The notes below the pieces were generated by a model. That model searched no databases and had not been told where the DNA came from. It saw only the letters and a program-made list of their open reading frames with translations. From positions 1-64,000 of the IMG/VR virus record IMGVR_UViG_2883497546_000001: a stretch of DNA of 64,000 nucleotides; one strand, given 5' to 3'. The translations under genes were made by a program, and so were the position numbers. Origin of the DNA: a virus. Taxonomy: Duplodnaviria > Caudoviricetes. Below, one piece after another: positions 61,614 through 64,000 of the stretch (position 1 is the first letter of the stretch; each line of letters starts with the position of its first letter).

Positions 61614-62234
61614 ATGTCCCGCCGCACGAAGCTCCTCATCACCCTGCTCTTCCTCGTGCTGCTCGCCATCCCCGCGGTGTACGTCGCCCTCACCTGGAGT
61701 CCCGTGAACCCCCTGCGCATCCGCATCGCACCCGCCGCAGGGAGGGCTCCACTGCCCATCGAGCCCTTAGGCTACTACGTGCTGCCCATTGAGGTGGAGA
61801 ATACAAGCTCCACCACCGTGCATCTGATGCATGTGTCACCTAGCATCAGTCCTCCATCCAGTACGTCACGCGGAGATTCTGCGGTGGAATTACCCTTTCT
61901 TCTAAACCACATTAGGAGCTTCAGCATCGTCATCCCACCACACAGCACTGTCCCCGCGCATCTGACTATCTATCGCAAGGACCTCGCCATTGCGGAGCTG
62001 AACGGCTCCCTCTGGGCTAAATATGGGTGGGTCTCCATAAGGAAGGCCACCACCATGAGATTCATGGAGTGGATTGGCTCCTTCCCGCCTGGCTCGTGGT
62101 GTGAGCCTGTGCCACATCCCCGACCTGACTATGACTCCGTACCCGTGGAGTTTCCCAAAGGCACCGCCGCCTCTTTTGGCATCTCTCTGGAACCCACGTC
62201 TGGCTTTGAAGGCAGGGGCCCTCTCTCCAGATAA
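61614..62234 (+). CDS. MSRR-family membrane-anchored protein (7)
   Basis: Conserved N-terminus; IEVENTSSTTV. Confidence 0.8.
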   Translation: MSRRTKLLITLLFLVLLAIPAVYVALTWSPVNPLRIRIAPAAGRAPLPIEPLGYYVLPIEVENTSSTTVHLMHVSPSISPPSSTSRGDSAVELPFLLNHIRSFSIVIPPHSTVPAHLTIYRKDLAIAELNGSLWAKYGWVSIRKATTMRFMEWIGSFPPGSWCEPVPHPRPDYDSVPVEFPKGTAASFGISLEPTSGFEGRGPLSR

Positions 62235-62369
62235 AGATAAGGTCTGGCACCGGCACTCATCCCATTTTGCATTTTTCATGCATCACTTTTCACTTTGCAT
62301 TTCTACGGCCCGCACCAGCGCATTGATTTGAAATCTCCAATCTCAAATCATCAATCATAAATAGCCCCG

Positions 62370-62975
62370 ATGTCCCGCCGCACGAAGCTCATCATCCTCG
62401 CGCTCTTCCTCGTGTTGCTCGCCATCCCCGCGGCATACGTCGCCCTCACCTGGCATCCACAGAATCCCCTCCACTTCCACCTGGAGCGCATCCATCAGGC
62501 CTCGGAGCTGGACCACAAGGGCGGCCGCAGGCTCCGCATCAGAGTTGAAAATTCCAGTCACGCGGAAATCCACCTCTTCAAGGTCCTCATGGAAGAGCAG
62601 GGGAACAGTCCGGACTGGGTGGACCATTCTGGGTTTATCAACGCAGAATCTCAGCGCGAGCAGGGGATTCAAGTGCAGGAGCATGCCATCATCATCCCTC
62701 CCCGGAGCACCATCCACCTCACCGGATATCTTCGTCCTGAGCTGCTGTCCTCCGCACAGCAGGGCCGCATCGCTGCCCACTACTACTGGAATTCCCAAAT
62801 CATCCGAAAGTCGGAGCGGGGAATGCGTTGGTTCAATCAACACAGTCCACGGATGCTGCGGAATCTCATCTTCCTGCCTGAGTACCTCGTGGATGAGGCT
62901 CCACTGGAATCCGCCCCAGGTGTGGAGATTCCCCCAACTCCACCACCACCCGCCACCACTCCCACCCGTGAGTGA
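62370..62975 (+). CDS. MSRR-family membrane-anchored protein (8)
   Basis: Conserved N-terminus; IRVENSSHAEI. Confidence 0.8.
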   Translation: MSRRTKLIILALFLVLLAIPAAYVALTWHPQNPLHFHLERIHQASELDHKGGRRLRIRVENSSHAEIHLFKVLMEEQGNSPDWVDHSGFINAESQREQGIQVQEHAIIIPPRSTIHLTGYLRPELLSSAQQGRIAAHYYWNSQIIRKSERGMRWFNQHSPRMLRNLIFLPEYLVDEAPLESAPGVEIPPTPPPPATTPTRE

Positions 62976-63030
62976 TTTGAAATCTCCAATCATAAATCAT
63001 AAATCATAAATCATAAATAGCGTCCCTCCA

Positions 63031-63582
63031 ATGTCCCGCCGCACGAAGCTCATCATCCTCGCAGTCTTCCTCGTGCTGCTCGCCATCCCCGCGGCATACG
63101 TCGCGCTCACCTGGAGTCCGAAGGATCCCTTGCGCGTCCGTTTGATCAGTATGGATATGCCGGGGGAGCAGGATCCATTCAAACAAATGACCATGCGCAT
63201 GGAGTTGGAAAATACCAGTACGGTCCCCATTTTCGTTGGCGATGTGGTATTCCGCGCCCGGCGGAAAACCGGCGTCAATGGCGATCCTATGTTCCAGAGA
63301 ATCTACCTTTTCTCACCGGACGGTTCGTCGAACTGGTTCCACACCATCGCACCGCGCAGCACGCAACTTTTCTCTGCAGATGTCACCGGGTACGACCAGG
63401 CGACGGTGGACATGGACAGCGCCGAGATGGTGTACCTTTACGAAAGTGATACGGAACATCGCATCAATGAACTCTGGAGTCGCGGCATCGAGCGCGTCCC
63501 TTATTGGATCACAAAACACTTGCCCGAGCCATTGAGCGACAGTGACCAGGCTGCGGCATCCATCGAGCCCCCACCTCACTAG
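63031..63582 (+). CDS. MSRR-family membrane-anchored protein (9)
   Basis: Conserved N-terminus; MELENTSTVPI. Confidence 0.8.
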   Translation: MSRRTKLIILAVFLVLLAIPAAYVALTWSPKDPLRVRLISMDMPGEQDPFKQMTMRMELENTSTVPIFVGDVVFRARRKTGVNGDPMFQRIYLFSPDGSSNWFHTIAPRSTQLFSADVTGYDQATVDMDSAEMVYLYESDTEHRINELWSRGIERVPYWITKHLPEPLSDSDQAAASIEPPPH

Positions 63583-63641
63583 AAGAGGCGAAGCGTTCCT
63601 GGCAATAGCTGTAGATAGTATCGTGCCAATCTTCTCCCCCC

Positions 63642-63749
63642 ATGTCCCGCCGCGCAAAGCTCATCCTCCTCGCGCTCTTCCTCGTGCTGCTCGCCATCCC
63701 GGTGACATATATCGCCCTCACCTGGCATCCGAACCTAGCGGTCGAGTAG
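63642..63749 (+). pseudogene. MSRR-family stub: constant N-terminus only (35 aa)
   Basis: MSRRAKLILLALFLVLLAIPVTYIALTWHPNLAVE*. Confidence 0.75.
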
Positions 63750-63815
63750 CATCAGAGGGATGAACACTTTGCATTTTTCATTCATCACTTTTCACTTTGC
63801 ATTCCCCTTCGCGAA

Positions 63816-64000
63816 ATGAGCTCTACCGTCCTCTCCCAAGCCCTCGCCCTCTACGACAGGGCAGGGGAGACCCAGACCGGGACCCCAACACAATCCCGCA
63901 CCTTCGAGGAGGACCTCGCCGCCTTCATCCACACCGGCCGCGTCTACATCACGCCCACCTGCGTCCTCTTCGCCAAAGCCGTCCCATCTCACCGCGAGTA
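63816..64000 (+). CDS. Hypothetical protein, probably phage-derived (runs off window)
   Basis: MSSTVLSQALALY...RTFEEDLAAFIHTGRVYITPTCVLFAK; resembles small genes that follow terL in podovirus-like elements. Confidence 0.5.
   Translation, partial: MSSTVLSQALALYDRAGETQTGTPTQSRTFEEDLAAFIHTGRVYITPTCVLFAKAVPSHRE

Overview
A 64 kb GC-rich bacterial chromosomal segment; the repeat families and small paralogous gene families suggest a Verrucomicrobiota/PVC-type host (inference). It is dominated by a T7-like/podovirus-type virion module. On the - strand are portal, Bbp19-like, scaffold, capsid, decoration, tail tubular A/B, three internal-virion (ejection) proteins, two tail fibres, a LamG protein and lysis-like genes. 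terS/terL lie divergently on the + strand. No integrase, repressor or replication genes are visible in the window, and the module is interleaved with host-type repeats, so it looks long-resident or domesticated. The main novelty is the 1920-aa ejection protein (19549-25311), whose C-terminal half is a string of polyvalent-type effector domains. It is followed by about 13 kb of start-less alternative C-terminal cassettes. Three cassettes restart at the same nucleotide of a shared homology anchor of up to ~690 bp. The cassettes end in different kinase or HExxH-toxin tips (the toxins paired with small immunity-like genes) and are separated by a conserved ~65-bp repeat. Other observations: a 16-bp motif exactly 29 nt upstream of three virion-gene ATGs, also palindromic in the terS promoter; a SIR2-containing three-gene island between scaffold and capsid; a 10-copy array of constant-N-terminus/variable-ectodomain membrane genes after terL; an IS5 element; and many heptamer and REP/MITE repeats. 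Family assignments are by motif recognition and synteny, not database searches.
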